From assembly GCA_000146045.2 (NCBI GenBank), contig BK006938.2:736001-800000 (forward strand): DNA of 64,000 nt, read 5' to 3'. Below, piece by piece: positions 11,567 through 22,600 of this stretch (positions within the stretch are counted from its first letter, which is position 1; each line of letters starts with the position of its first letter). Origin of the DNA: TPA_inf: Saccharomyces. Its lineage: Eukaryota. The notes beneath the pieces are model-generated. The model had not been told where the DNA came from. It was given only the letters and a program-made list of their open reading frames with translations, and did no database searches. Position numbers and translations under genes: made by a program.

Positions 11567-12357
11567 GCCAGGGTCAAAACCAAAGAAAGATTTCTAGTTC
11601 TAATTCTACTGAAATACCCTCTGTAACCGGCCCTGATGCACTGAAATCGCAGCAGCAGCAGCAGAATACAATAACTGCCACCAATAATCCCAGGGGCAAT
11701 GTTAACACTTCACAGACTGAACAATCGAAAGCTAAGGTAACCAATGTAAATGCAACGGCATCTATGTTGAATAATATAAGTTCGAGCAAATCGGCAATAT
11801 TCAAACAAACAGAGCCTGCCATACCCATATCGGAAAATATATCTACCAAAACACCAGCACCGGTAGCTTATAGATCCAACAGACCTACAATAACTGGAGG
11901 TTCTGCTATGAATGCCAGTGCTTTGAATACACCAGCAACAACTAAATTACCACCCTATGAAATGGATACTCAGAGAGTTATGTCAAAGCGTAAATTAAGA
12001 GAGTTAGTGAAGACTGTCGGAATTGATGAGGGTGACGGTGAAACTGTCATTGACGGTGATGTTGAGGAATTACTATTGGATCTTGCCGACGATTTTGTTA
12101 CTAATGTTACAGCTTTTTCTTGTAGATTGGCAAAACACAGAAAATCGGACAATTTGGAGGCAAGAGACATTCAGTTACATTTGGAGAGAAATTGGAATAT
12201 TAGGATTCCTGGTTATTCCGCAGACGAAATAAGAAGTACAAGAAAATGGAATCCCTCTCAAAATTATAACCAGAAATTGCAGAGTATCACATCAGATAAG
12301 GTAGCAGCTGCAAAAAACAATGGAAACAATGTTGCAAGCTTGAATACAAAAAAATAA
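10738..12357 (+). CDS. TAF12: TAF12, a TFIID/SAGA subunit (539 aa) with a C-terminal histone fold and two poly-Q tracts.
   Basis: 539-aa ORF with Q-rich low-complexity stretches and a conserved C-terminal histone-fold region (...RKLRELVKTVGIDEGDGETVIDGDVEELLLDLADDFVTNVTAFSCRLAKHRKSDNLEARDIQLHLERNWNIRIPGY). Confidence 0.9.
11083..11109 (+). repeat. (CAG/CAA)9 tract encoding Q9 in TAF12.
   Basis: Visible directly in the sequence as cag caa caa caa caa caa caa caa cag. Confidence 0.95.
11467..11577 (+). repeat. Long mixed CAA/CAG tract of about 111 bp encoding QQQRVQQQRV(Q)25R in TAF12.
   Basis: Seen in sequence. The antisense frame produces a spurious CCCCCC-containing ORF (11574..11849). Confidence 0.95.
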
Positions 12358-12612
12358 TTATGTTACCCACATTCTCCACTCTTCCACAGAAAAAATTCCT
12401 AAAGTTATAGTTCACATTGTTATATATGTATCTATAAAGCGAAATTTTTTAAAATTAATTGATTAATTAATATTTTGTATCTAAAGTGTTCATACTATAT
12501 TATTTACTTAGATTATACATAATTAAAAAAAAAAAAAACTTTTTTTCCTTGTTTTCATTTTGTTTTTATTATTAAATATTAAAAAAAGTGTCCATAACAT
12601 CAATGTTTTTTT

Positions 12613-14742
12613 TTACCTTTGATTAGTTTTCATTGGCGAAACCATAATCCCCGTTCCATTCCCATCATAACTACGCTCTCTTCTGAGTTGATCTTCAAGC
12701 TTGAACATCAACTGTCCATTATGATCCTTGTTAATATTTTCTTTGATTGGACTACTAGAAACACTTGAAGTTCCATCTTTTCTTGGTCTTCCTCTTTTTC
12801 TTGGAGACCTTTTAATTACCACGTTTTCATACTTTTTACCACCGCTGCAAATCATTCTACTTCTGTGCACAACCAAAGCGTCTTCTCTATTGAATTTCTT
12901 ACCACAGGGACATGCATACGCCTTTTCTTGGTGCGATTTTTTGTGTCTTATCAAGTCATGATTTCGTACAAATGCCTTATCACATCCAGGGTGATCACAG
13001 GAATATGGCCGATCTTCCAAATGTGTTTGAATATGAGATCTGATGTTATACCTTCTCTTGAATGTTTTTGTACATCCAGGAAATAAACATTCAAATGTTT
13101 TATCAGGCATTTCCTTCACATATTTATCGATTGAACCTCTGGGCAGTGTTGTGAGTTTTCTTGTGATTTTTGAGGGACTATTTGTGGTATATGTGTTGAT
13201 TTCCTTAATGTGTGTGCCGAATTGAGGAGATCTTCCTTCGTACTTACTTTGTGACTTAAGAACGGGAGAAGGCGTTTCGGAAATAACAAATCTACTTTCA
13301 GGCTCATTTTCCTCATTATCATCTCCTTCATTGTCTGTATTTTTCGTAAGTACATTAGGGTCTAAATCATTGAAAACGCCTTCCCGATGTCGTGCTTGCT
13401 GGCTCGGCGGCTTTAGATGTGGTGTCGCAGCATTGATACCCAATGCATTCTCACTGATAGAGCTAAAGTGTAACTGCTTACCTCTTGGTGTATATTGGTC
13501 TATATAACTGGAGGAAAGGGATACTTTATTGACTGATGGAGTATTATTTACAGACCCAGGAATTGTAGGCATAATATCCACAGAAGCACTCTTTAAAGAC
13601 ACTGATTTTGTAGGAGAAGGACCTGGTTTTCCAAGAAGTTCAATACCCAGGCCCAAAGGTTTCTCTGAATATTCGCTTTCCTGATCTTCAACATTAATCT
13701 TGAAATCTAACCTTAAGTTATTAGGGGTAATGTTAGCAGAGTTGGACGTAGCTGAACTAACTCTACTCTTTGGAGTGAAGGGCGTAATAAATTTGGTTTT
13801 TGAACTGAGGTTTTCATTTGGATTCGAGCGAATTTTCTTTGGTGAAATGAGGGAGTCATTGAAACCTTCGTTCAATTCCTGGAAACATAGTGGTCCTACA
13901 GTACCACTAGAGTTTTTTCTCTGCAGGCAGTACTTTTGTCTATTGTTTCTCCTAGAAGGTGACCCAGTGAACGAAGTATTAGACATTGGTGGGGAAATCA
14001 TTGGTGAAAGGCTATTTGCGTATACATCCTCCACATTTTCTGAAGCAGGAGAGATCTTCCTTTTGGGAGATAAAAACTGTGGACCATCAGAGTTCTCTAA
14101 GGTAGCCTGTAGTTGTTGTTGCTTGTATTGTGTTTGTTTGAGTTCTAACTCTAACTTCTTATTAGCCTCTTGTTGTGCTCTCAATTGCTCGCGCAACTCT
14201 TGTTGTTGCTGTAACAGTAATTCCCCGAGGTTTCTATCGAAGCCTTTATTAATTTCACTTTTGTTTATAGTCGACAATAAATTATCCGCCATGGAAATCT
14301 TCTTTTCATCGTGGGGCTTATCACTCATTGTTTTTTGATAAACAGTCATACCACTGTCTTGATTTAATCTATTTTCATTCAACAAGCTAGTTGCATTTAG
14401 AGTCACTTCTCTTGAATTATTTTCTAAGTCAAAGTTCATACTTTGCCAATCATTTCCTATTAACTCGGAGAAAGTAGAAACCTTGACAGATTTTTCATCA
14501 GAAAGTGGTCCCAGCGGAAGGTTTAAGTCATTTATTTCATTCATTATAACTTCGTTGGTTTCACCATAGTTTAGGTTCAATATATTGCCTAAATCATCTG
14601 TTGCTAGTGTTTTATATTCGCCTTCTATTGCATAACTCGAAGGGTCACTGCCTCTAGCATTTGAGTAATAAGAGTTGGTTTGTAGGTCAAAATTTAGGCT
14701 TTGTACTTTTGAGGCATCAAACCAAGAGTTTGATGTATCCAT
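12613..14742 (-). CDS. SWI5: SWI5, a C2H2 zinc-finger transcription factor (709 aa).
   Basis: Three C2H2 fingers lie near the C-terminus (FECLFPGCTKTFKRRYNIRSHIQTHLEDRPYSCDHPGCDKAFVRNHDLIRHKKSHQEKAYACPCGKKFNREDALVVHRSR). The length of 709 aa fits. Confidence 0.9.
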   Translation of the reverse strand: MDTSNSWFDASKVQSLNFDLQTNSYYSNARGSDPSSYAIEGEYKTLATDDLGNILNLNYGETNEVIMNEINDLNLPLGPLSDEKSVKVSTFSELIGNDWQSMNFDLENNSREVTLNATSLLNENRLNQDSGMTVYQKTMSDKPHDEKKISMADNLLSTINKSEINKGFDRNLGELLLQQQQELREQLRAQQEANKKLELELKQTQYKQQQLQATLENSDGPQFLSPKRKISPASENVEDVYANSLSPMISPPMSNTSFTGSPSRRNNRQKYCLQRKNSSGTVGPLCFQELNEGFNDSLISPKKIRSNPNENLSSKTKFITPFTPKSRVSSATSNSANITPNNLRLDFKINVEDQESEYSEKPLGLGIELLGKPGPSPTKSVSLKSASVDIMPTIPGSVNNTPSVNKVSLSSSYIDQYTPRGKQLHFSSISENALGINAATPHLKPPSQQARHREGVFNDLDPNVLTKNTDNEGDDNEENEPESRFVISETPSPVLKSQSKYEGRSPQFGTHIKEINTYTTNSPSKITRKLTTLPRGSIDKYVKEMPDKTFECLFPGCTKTFKRRYNIRSHIQTHLEDRPYSCDHPGCDKAFVRNHDLIRHKKSHQEKAYACPCGKKFNREDALVVHRSRMICSGGKKYENVVIKRSPRKRGRPRKDGTSSVSSSPIKENINKDHNGQLMFKLEDQLRRERSYDGNGTGIMVSPMKTNQR

Positions 14743-15036
14743 CTTTTTCGAAAAAACAATGACGTTAATATTTTATTTGATTGCGCTTTAATTATATCGC
14801 AGATGTTAAACACGTTCTCAGGATCTATTTACCTAGCTCCAAGAACGAGTTATATGGTGGTATCTATATTGTCGTTCTCAAATCTTTCTTCCAACGATGC
14901 CTTTTTGTCTTCCGTGCCAATACATAAATAGTGAATAAAATTGCAGACGATCCTCTATAGTACTCAATCATTGTTTATAGAGCAGATCTATAGGGAGAAA
15001 GAAAGATAATTAGTCGCTAATGGTAGGTATTGTTAT

Positions 15037-15059
15037 TGTTTACCTTTTTCCTAAACAGG
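15037..15059. promoter_or_regulatory. Candidate forkhead (GTAAACA) plus Mcm1 (CCTAAACAGG) composite site about 300 bp upstream of SWI5.
   Basis: tgtttac at 15037-15043 is the reverse complement of the Fkh core GTAAACA. cctaaacagg at 15050-15059 fits CC(W)6GG with one C. SWI5 is a known Mcm1-Fkh2 (SFF) G2/M target. Confidence 0.45.
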
Positions 15060-15413
15060 TTAAAGTACGAAAGTGAAAATTTCATCCTCTCTACTTGCCC
15101 GGATTGGGATTCAGACCAAGATATTTCCAACAATGCTGCTATGAATTGGAACAGAGATGTTCTAATGAATATTTAACAAGGTGTGAGCGGAGTGTACCAC
15201 TCCTATCGGCTTTCAGATAATCATACTACCTTTCAGAATATCTAACAATAACACTCCGATATTTGATTCGCTCTCCTTTAAGACAGAAATAACATTGGCC
15301 CTAGAATCCAATGCCGTAAATATCTACTTGACACCATTTAATGAAAGAACTGTCTGACTGCCGAAGTTTTATAAGTAGTTTGACTATGTTTCATAAGTTA
15401 GGCCACTAGACAG

Positions 15414-15423
15414 CATGTGAAAA
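15414..15423 (+). promoter_or_regulatory. UAS-INO / ICRE-like element (CATGTGAAAA) in the EKI1 promoter.
   Basis: 9 of 10 positions match CATGTGAAAT, about 210 bp upstream of the EKI1 ATG. Phospholipid biosynthetic genes are Ino2/Ino4 targets. Confidence 0.45.
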
Positions 15424-15630
15424 CGGTGATGATAGTAAAAAAATATCGTTTGGGTTTTGGCTACCCGGAGGTCGTTTGCAAAAGAAAGTGTATGCAAATC
15501 TACAAAACAATAGATGTCGTTGTTGAGATAACAGATTGGCACAAAATTACTAAATTGTTGTGGTACGCAGCTATAGTTTGTACGAAAGTAGTAGCAGAAA
15601 TTAACAGATACAGATCTGCAATTTGGCATA

Positions 15631-17235
15631 ATGTACACCAATTATTCACTTACAAGCAGTGACGCAATGCCCCGAACTTACTTGGTCGGCACAGCCTCAC
15701 CAGAAATGTCTAAGAAAAAGCGCCAGTCTGCAAATTGTGACAAGCCAACGAGGAGGGTGATCCACATCATCGATACTAATGAGCACTCAGAAGTCGACTT
15801 GAAAAATGAACTGCCAATAACATGCACGAATGAAGACGGTGAGATGACATCAAGCTCATGGACTTCACAAACCGCTAATGATTTTCTCAAACTGGCATAC
15901 GTAAACGCGAAATTAGACCCGTCTTTGCCATCTCAATATTTCAAACAAGATATCATAAATGTTTTACAAAGCTTGGAGATTCCTGGATGGTCTGTGCCCG
16001 GCTCTAAAGAATCCTCGTTGAATAAGAATTTATTAACTTTGACACAAATCAAGGGGGCCCTTACAAATGTTATTTATAAGATTCACTATCCAAACTTACC
16101 CCCTTTACTGATGAGAATTTTTGGTGATAGCATAGATTCTGTAATTGATAGAGAGTATGAATTAAAGGTTATTGCGAGATTATCATTTTATGATTTAGGA
16201 CCCAAACTAGAAGGGTTTTTTGAAAATGGCAGATTTGAAAAATACATTGAGGGTTCGAGGACATCTACTCAAGCCGACTTTATAGATCGGGATACTTCAA
16301 TAAAAATTGCTAAAAAATTGAAAGAGTTGCATTGTACTGTTCCATTAACGCATAAAGAAATAACGGATCAACCGTCATGCTGGACAACCTTTGATCAGTG
16401 GATCAAATTAATAGACTCGCATAAAGAGTGGGTTTCCAATAATGTAAATATAAGTGAAAATTTACGCTGTTCAAGTTGGAATTTTTTTTTAAAGAGTTTC
16501 AAAAATTATAAGCGTTGGTTGTATAATGATTCTGCTTTTACCTCAAAATTATTAAGAGAGGATGATAAAGATAGTATGATAAATTCTGGGCTAAAAATGG
16601 TATTTTGCCATAACGACTTACAGCATGGTAATTTACTTTTTAAAAGTAAGGGTAAGGATGACATCTCAGTGGGCGATTTAACAATTATTGACTTTGAGTA
16701 CGCAGGCCCTAACCCCGTTGTATTTGATTTATCAAATCATTTGAATGAATGGATGCAAGACTATAATGATGTGCAGTCTTTCAAGTCTCATATTGATAAG
16801 TATCCAAAAGAAGAAGATATTTTAGTTTTTGCACAAAGTTATATAAATCACATGAATGAGAACCATGTCAAAATTGCTTCTCAAGAGGTTAGGATTCTTT
16901 ACAATCTAATCATCGAATGGAGGCCTTGTACACAATTATTCTGGTGCCTTTGGGCTCTTTTGCAAAGCGGAAGGCTACCACAACGACCACTGATAGAAGG
17001 TGAAAAACTAATGAGCGAAAAGGCTGGACTAGGTGATGAAACGCACCTTATGGAGCACAAAAATAAAGAGAATGGAAAATACGATTGTTCTGAAGATGAT
17101 TCGTTCAACTATTTAGGATTTTGTAAAGAAAAAATGTCTGTCTTTTGGGGCGATTTAATTACATTGGGAGTTATCGACAAAGACTGCCCAGATATTGGAA
17201 AAACAGATTACTTAGACACTAAACTTATTTTTTAA
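15631..17235 (+). CDS. EKI1: EKI1, ethanolamine kinase (534 aa).
   Basis: Choline/ethanolamine kinase motifs are present (HNDLQHGNLL Brenner motif and IIDFEYAGPN). The length matches. Confidence 0.9.
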   Translation: MYTNYSLTSSDAMPRTYLVGTASPEMSKKKRQSANCDKPTRRVIHIIDTNEHSEVDLKNELPITCTNEDGEMTSSSWTSQTANDFLKLAYVNAKLDPSLPSQYFKQDIINVLQSLEIPGWSVPGSKESSLNKNLLTLTQIKGALTNVIYKIHYPNLPPLLMRIFGDSIDSVIDREYELKVIARLSFYDLGPKLEGFFENGRFEKYIEGSRTSTQADFIDRDTSIKIAKKLKELHCTVPLTHKEITDQPSCWTTFDQWIKLIDSHKEWVSNNVNISENLRCSSWNFFLKSFKNYKRWLYNDSAFTSKLLREDDKDSMINSGLKMVFCHNDLQHGNLLFKSKGKDDISVGDLTIIDFEYAGPNPVVFDLSNHLNEWMQDYNDVQSFKSHIDKYPKEEDILVFAQSYINHMNENHVKIASQEVRILYNLIIEWRPCTQLFWCLWALLQSGRLPQRPLIEGEKLMSEKAGLGDETHLMEHKNKENGKYDCSEDDSFNYLGFCKEKMSVFWGDLITLGVIDKDCPDIGKTDYLDTKLIF

Positions 17236-17326
17236 GCTGTATACACAATCAAGTATTTTTCTATTCACTGCGATAAAATTGTGTTTTTCAACATGTTAGG
17301 TCAATGGAAAGTCATTATTTTGAAGC

Positions 17327-17337
17327 AAAATGTAAAA
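17327..17337 (-). other. Perfect 11-bp ARS consensus sequence match (TTTTACATTTT on the minus strand) in the EKI1/KGD2 convergent intergenic.
   Basis: The reverse complement of aaaatgtaaaa matches WTTTAYRTTTW exactly. It sits in an AT-rich 3' intergenic. Only the motif is seen, with no functional evidence. Confidence 0.25.
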
Positions 17338-17674
17338 AAAGAATATTATTAAGAGAATAAATTCTTTCAAAAATGTAGAGCAAGTTATGTGGAAATCAAA
17401 AGAATATTAGTTGATTCTATTATATAATAAATAGTTATAATCATTGTATTTTGATGATGAAAATTCAGTATCTAAGAGTTATAGCCAAGAGAGTAATTTT
17501 TAATACTTTTTTGCGCTTTTCCATATCTCATTATAAAAAGAAAACATTAATTCATAGTTCCATTTATCATCATAGCATATCTTTAAATATCATACTTAAA
17601 TAGAAGAGATTCACACAGTAATAGCGGACAAGAATAATCATGAAATCAGATTGGTATGGGCTGCAAATTTCAAA

Positions 17675-19066
17675 TCACCATAACAACATTTTTCTAGGGT
17701 CTTCAATCAACTCTTTAACAGTCTTCAAGAAGGTAACAGCTTCTCTACCATCTAGCAATCTATGATCATAAGTCAAAGCCAAGTACATCATTGGTCTTGA
17801 GACAATTTGTCCATTAACAGTGACAGGTCTCTCTTTGACACCATGCAAGCCTAGGACGGCTGTTTGTGGTGAATTGATGATAGGAGTACCGTATAATGAA
17901 CCAAAAACACCACCATTAGATATGGTGAAAGTACCACCCGTCATATCTTCTAGGGTTAATTTGCCATCACGCGCTTTATGACTCAAGCGAACAATTTCGT
18001 TCTCAATATCTAAAACACTCAATGACTCTGCATTACGAACGACGGGGGTAACCAAACCCTTTGGAGTGGCCACAGCAACAGAAATATCTGTGTAATCACG
18101 ATAAACAATCTGGTCACCTTCAATGGCACCATTGACGGCTGGAATATCCTTGGCGGCCAAGGTACATGCTTTGGAGAAAAGACCCATGAATCCGAATTTA
18201 GTACCGGTCTTCTTAATAATCTCATCTTTATACAGTTTCCTCATTTCCATCAAAGCTGACATGTCAACTTCGTTGAATGTGGTTAAGGAAGCAGCAGTGT
18301 TTTGAGACTCTTTTAATCTTTCGGCAATCCTCAATCTCATACGGTTCATTTTGACCCTGGTTTCTGTACGTGGAAATGGTGTGAAAGAGTTAGAGGCTAC
18401 TGGGGGTTCCTGCGCCTTAGAGACGGTCTTCTTTGGTTGATCAGCCTTTTTTGGTTCTGTAACTTCTTTCTTTGGAGCGGCTTCTTTCTTTGGAGCAGCT
18501 TCTTTCTTTGAAGCCGTTTCCTCACTTGAGTTTTCCCTTGCGGCGACACCTTGCGATGGCTCCGCTTGTTCGGTAGGCTCTGGCTTAGATTCTCCAGAAC
18601 CCTCAGCAGGTGCTTCACCAGGCTCGACCTGAGCTAACTCCTCACCAACAGTGACAGTGTCCTCTGGTTTGAAATTTAGCTTCGTAACAGTACCTGATAC
18701 TGGCGAATTGACCTCAATATCAATTTTATCGGTCTCAATAGTGGCCAACAGCTCGTCCTCCTTAATAAAATCACCAACGTTTTTAGTATATTCCTTTAAA
18801 GAGCCTTCAGTCAGGGACTCTGCCATCGGAGGAACTTCAATAGAGGTAGATTTAAAACGATTGCTAGTTATGGAGAACGGATTCGCCGCAACTGAAATTT
18901 TCTTGCCGGATAAATATATTGAACCTAAGGATTCGACCTTGTTAGCTTGTTTGAACAAACTTGTAGAAGCATGTCTCTTGACGAAAGAAGCAGCCATAAC
19001 ATTTCTAGCCACTTTAGATTTTACTAAGGATTTGGCAGCTGCAGTACGCGTCGCTCTGGAAAGCAT
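17675..19066 (-). CDS. KGD2: KGD2, the dihydrolipoyl transsuccinylase (E2) of mitochondrial 2-oxoglutarate dehydrogenase (463 aa).
   Basis: It has an N-terminal presequence ([12 protein letters not shown]...) and a lipoyl domain with the ETDKIDIEV lipoyl-lysine motif. An Ala/Pro/Lys-rich linker carries PKKEAA repeats. The C-terminal 2-oxoacid dehydrogenase acyltransferase domain includes the catalytic DHRLLDG motif. Confidence 0.9.
   Translation of the reverse strand: MLSRATRTAAAKSLVKSKVARNVMAASFVKRHASTSLFKQANKVESLGSIYLSGKKISVAANPFSITSNRFKSTSIEVPPMAESLTEGSLKEYTKNVGDFIKEDELLATIETDKIDIEVNSPVSGTVTKLNFKPEDTVTVGEELAQVEPGEAPAEGSGESKPEPTEQAEPSQGVAARENSSEETASKKEAAPKKEAAPKKEVTEPKKADQPKKTVSKAQEPPVASNSFTPFPRTETRVKMNRMRLRIAERLKESQNTAASLTTFNEVDMSALMEMRKLYKDEIIKKTGTKFGFMGLFSKACTLAAKDIPAVNGAIEGDQIVYRDYTDISVAVATPKGLVTPVVRNAESLSVLDIENEIVRLSHKARDGKLTLEDMTGGTFTISNGGVFGSLYGTPIINSPQTAVLGLHGVKERPVTVNGQIVSRPMMYLALTYDHRLLDGREAVTFLKTVKELIEDPRKMLLW
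18440..18520 (-). repeat. Three tandem copies of an 18-bp unit encoding (KKEAAP)3 in the KGD2 inter-domain linker.
   Basis: The plus strand shows cttctttctttggagcgg / cttctttctttggagcag / cttctttctttgaagccg. Confidence 0.8.
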
Positions 19067-19391
19067 TGTTTAAATAATTATCTGAAGTTGTGTCTTTGGT
19101 TGTAACAAATGTGGTAGTGAAGTTTATAACAATATATCTATTCACTGATATATACCGTTAAAGATAGCTGCCTAATTTTTTATTTCGGATTTTTCTTTTT
19201 TTTACGTTAGATATTTCCTCCCCTGAAGCTCAAAAAGAGATTATATATGAAAAGTAGGCCTAGTTGAGGGAAAAAGGATTTGCATTTGCTGATAGACCAA
19301 GTGTGGATCCGAGCCCTGTAGTAGAATGGTGCTAATGTAGAATAAGAATAAGCTTTAGGAACCATAGATTCCTGCGTAATTTGTGGCCGCT

Positions 19392-19430
19392 TTATTGGCT
19401 CACTCCGGGCAGGACCTTAGTTTTGATTGG
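19392..19430. promoter_or_regulatory. Two CCAAT/ATTGG boxes (ttattgg at 19392-19398, tgattgg at 19424-19430) in the KGD2-NUM1 divergent promoter. These are candidate HAP2/3/4/5 sites.
   Basis: Both are ATTGG matches. KGD2 is a respiratory gene known to be HAP-regulated. Site usage is inference. Confidence 0.35.
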
Positions 19431-19627
19431 CTGCAAAAAAAGGGTTGTTAATATCGTCTTTGACGGAGATGCGGGTGGCTGGAATTGTTTTGTTTATTAT
19501 TCCCCAAGAGAGAAGAGACAAGAAGTAGTAATGACGATGGAACAAAGATCGGTTCTAATAGGACCACAGGGTTGAATAGAGACGAGTAAAGACGCAACGG
19601 TCAAGGCTTTCCACGAGACGTTCGAAT

Positions 19628-22600
19628 ATGTCCCACAACAACAGGCATAAAAAGAATAACGATAAAGACAGCTCAGCAGGGCAGTATGCAAATAGCATTG
19701 ACAATTCATTAAGCCAGGAAAGCGTCTCAACGAACGGCGTAACAAGGATGGCTAACTTAAAGGCTGATGAATGCGGCAGTGGTGATGAAGGAGATAAAAC
19801 AAAGCGGTTTTCGATTTCAAGTATTTTGAGTAAAAGAGAGACAAAAGACGTGCTTCCGGAATTTGCAGGCAGTAGTTCCCACAATGGAGTACTCACGGCG
19901 AATTCATCAAAGGATATGAACTTTACTTTGGAACTAAGCGAGAATTTGTTGGTTGAGTGTAGGAAATTGCAATCCTCTAATGAAGCTAAAAATGAGCAAA
20001 TCAAGTCTCTCAAGCAAATTAAAGAGTCATTAAGTGACAAGATTGAGGAGCTCACTAACCAAAAAAAGTCCTTCATGAAAGAGTTGGATTCAACTAAAGA
20101 TTTAAACTGGGATTTAGAATCTAAATTAACAAACTTGAGCATGGAATGTAGGCAATTAAAAGAATTGAAGAAAAAGACTGAAAAATCTTGGAATGATGAA
20201 AAAGAAAGCCTGAAACTTCTGAAAACAGATTTGGAAATTTTAACATTAACAAAAAATGGCATGGAAAATGATCTTAGCTCTCAAAAACTTCATTACGATA
20301 AAGAGATTAGTGAATTAAAGGAAAGGATTTTAGACTTAAATAATGAAAACGACAGATTACTTATTAGTGTTTCTGATCTAACAAGTGAAATTAATTCCTT
20401 ACAGAGCAATAGAACTGAAAGAATAAAAATTCAAAAGCAACTTGATGACGCCAAAGCATCTATTTCTTCGTTAAAAAGAAAAGTACAAAAGAAGTATTAT
20501 CAAAAACAGCATACTTCCGATACTACAGTAACATCTGATCCTGATTCTGAGGGGACCACTAGTGAAGAAGACATTTTTGATATAGTGATCGAAATTGACC
20601 ACATGATTGAAACAGGCCCCTCTGTCGAGGACATTTCTGAAGATCTTGTCAAGAAATACTCAGAAAAAAACAATATGATATTGTTATCGAATGATTCATA
20701 TAAAAACTTACTACAAAAAAGTGAAAGTGCATCCAAACCAAAAGACGATGAATTAATGACCAAAGAGGTGGCTGAAAACCTGAATATGATCGCGTTACCA
20801 AATGATGACAATTACAGCAAAAAAGAGTTTTCGTTAGAATCTCATATTAAATATTTAGAAGCTTCTGGCTATAAAGTTCTTCCTCTAGAGGAGTTTGAGA
20901 ACCTAAACGAATCCCTATCAAATCCATCATATAACTATCTCAAGGAAAAACTTCAGGCTTTGAAAAAGATACCCATCGATCAAAGTACGTTTAACTTGTT
21001 AAAAGAGCCTACTATTGATTTTTTACTGCCTTTAACATCCAAAATTGATTGCCTGATAATACCTACCAAAGATTATAATGACCTTTTTGAGAGTGTCAAG
21101 AATCCATCAATTGAACAAATGAAAAAATGCCTGGAAGCAAAGAACGACTTACAATCGAATATTTGTAAATGGCTGGAGGAGAGAAACGGCTGTAAATGGC
21201 TAAGTAATGATCTGTATTTTTCAATGGTTAATAAGATAGAAACACCTTCGAAACAATACCTGTCAGATAAGGCAAAAGAATACGACCAAGTGCTGATTGA
21301 TACTAAAGCCTTAGAAGGTTTAAAGAACCCAACGATAGACTTTCTAAGAGAAAAAGCTTCTGCATCAGATTATTTATTACTCAAAAAAGAAGACTACGTG
21401 AGCCCATCACTGGAATACCTAGTTGAACATGCCAAGGCCACCAATCACCATTTACTATCGGATAGTGCATACGAAGACCTAGTCAAGTGCAAGGAGAATC
21501 CTGATATGGAATTCTTGAAGGAGAAGTCTGCCAAACTAGGCCACACTGTGGTATCCAACGAGGCATATTCTGAATTGGAAAAGAAACTAGAACAACCATC
21601 ACTGGAATACCTAGTTGAACATGCCAAGGCGACCAATCACCATTTACTATCGGATAGTGCATACGAAGACCTAGTCAAGTGCAAGGAGAATCCTGATATG
21701 GAATTCTTGAAGGAGAAGTCTGCCAAACTAGGCCATACTGTGGTATCCAACGAGGCATATTCTGAATTGCAACGCAAATACTCAGAATTGGAGAAGGAAG
21801 TAGAACAACCATCTCTAGCATACTTAGTTGAACACGCCAAGGCTACCGATCACCATTTACTATCGGATAGTGCATACGAAGACCTAGTCAAGTGCAAGGA
21901 GAATCCTGATGTGGAATTCTTGAAGGAGAAGTCTGCTAAACTAGGCCATACTGTGGTATCTAGCGAGGAATATTCTGAATTGCAACGCAAATACTCAGAA
22001 TTGGAGAAGGAAGTAGAACAACCATCACTAGCATACCTAGTCGAACACGCCAAGGCTACCGATCACCATTTACTATCGGATAGTGCATACGAAGAACTAG
22101 TCAAGTGCAAGGAGAATCCTGATATGGAATTCTTGAAGGAGAAGTCTGCCAAACTAGGCCACACTGTGGTATCCAACGAGGCATATTCTGAATTGGAAAA
22201 GAAACTAGAACAACCATCACTAGCATACCTAGTCGAACATGCCAAGGCTACCGATCACCATCTGCTATCGGATAGTGCATACGAAGACCTAGTCAAGTGC
22301 AAGGAAAATTCTGATGTAGAATTCTTGAAGGAGAAGTCTGCTAAACTAGGCCATACTGTGGTATCCAACGAAGCATATTCTGAATTGGAAAAGAAACTAG
22401 AACAACCATCACTAGCATACCTAGTCGAACATGCCAAGGCTACCGATCACCATCTGCTATCGGATAGTGCATACGAAGACCTAGTCAAGTGCAAGGAGAA
22501 TCCTGATATGGAATTCTTGAAGGAGAAGTCTGCCAAACTAGGCCACACTGTGGTATCCAACGAGGCATATTCTGAATTGGAAAAGAAACTAGAACAACCA

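Noticed and set aside
13700-14338. 212-aa plus-strand ORF antisense to SWI5, together with other antisense ORFs of 60-130 aa inside SAN1, MKC7, SEC1, SEC5, CDC37, STB3 and SEC7.
   Set aside because: Each is nested antisense within a well-supported long gene. They have low-complexity composition and no motifs, as expected from six-frame noise in 2-8 kb ORFs.
19555-20262. 235-aa minus-strand ORF overlapping the NUM1 5' end, of the dubious YDR149C type.
   Set aside because: It lies fully antisense to the start of the well-supported NUM1 ORF. Its composition is low-complexity (F/S/L-rich), typical of antisense frames of K/E-rich coiled-coil genes, and it has no recognisable domain.
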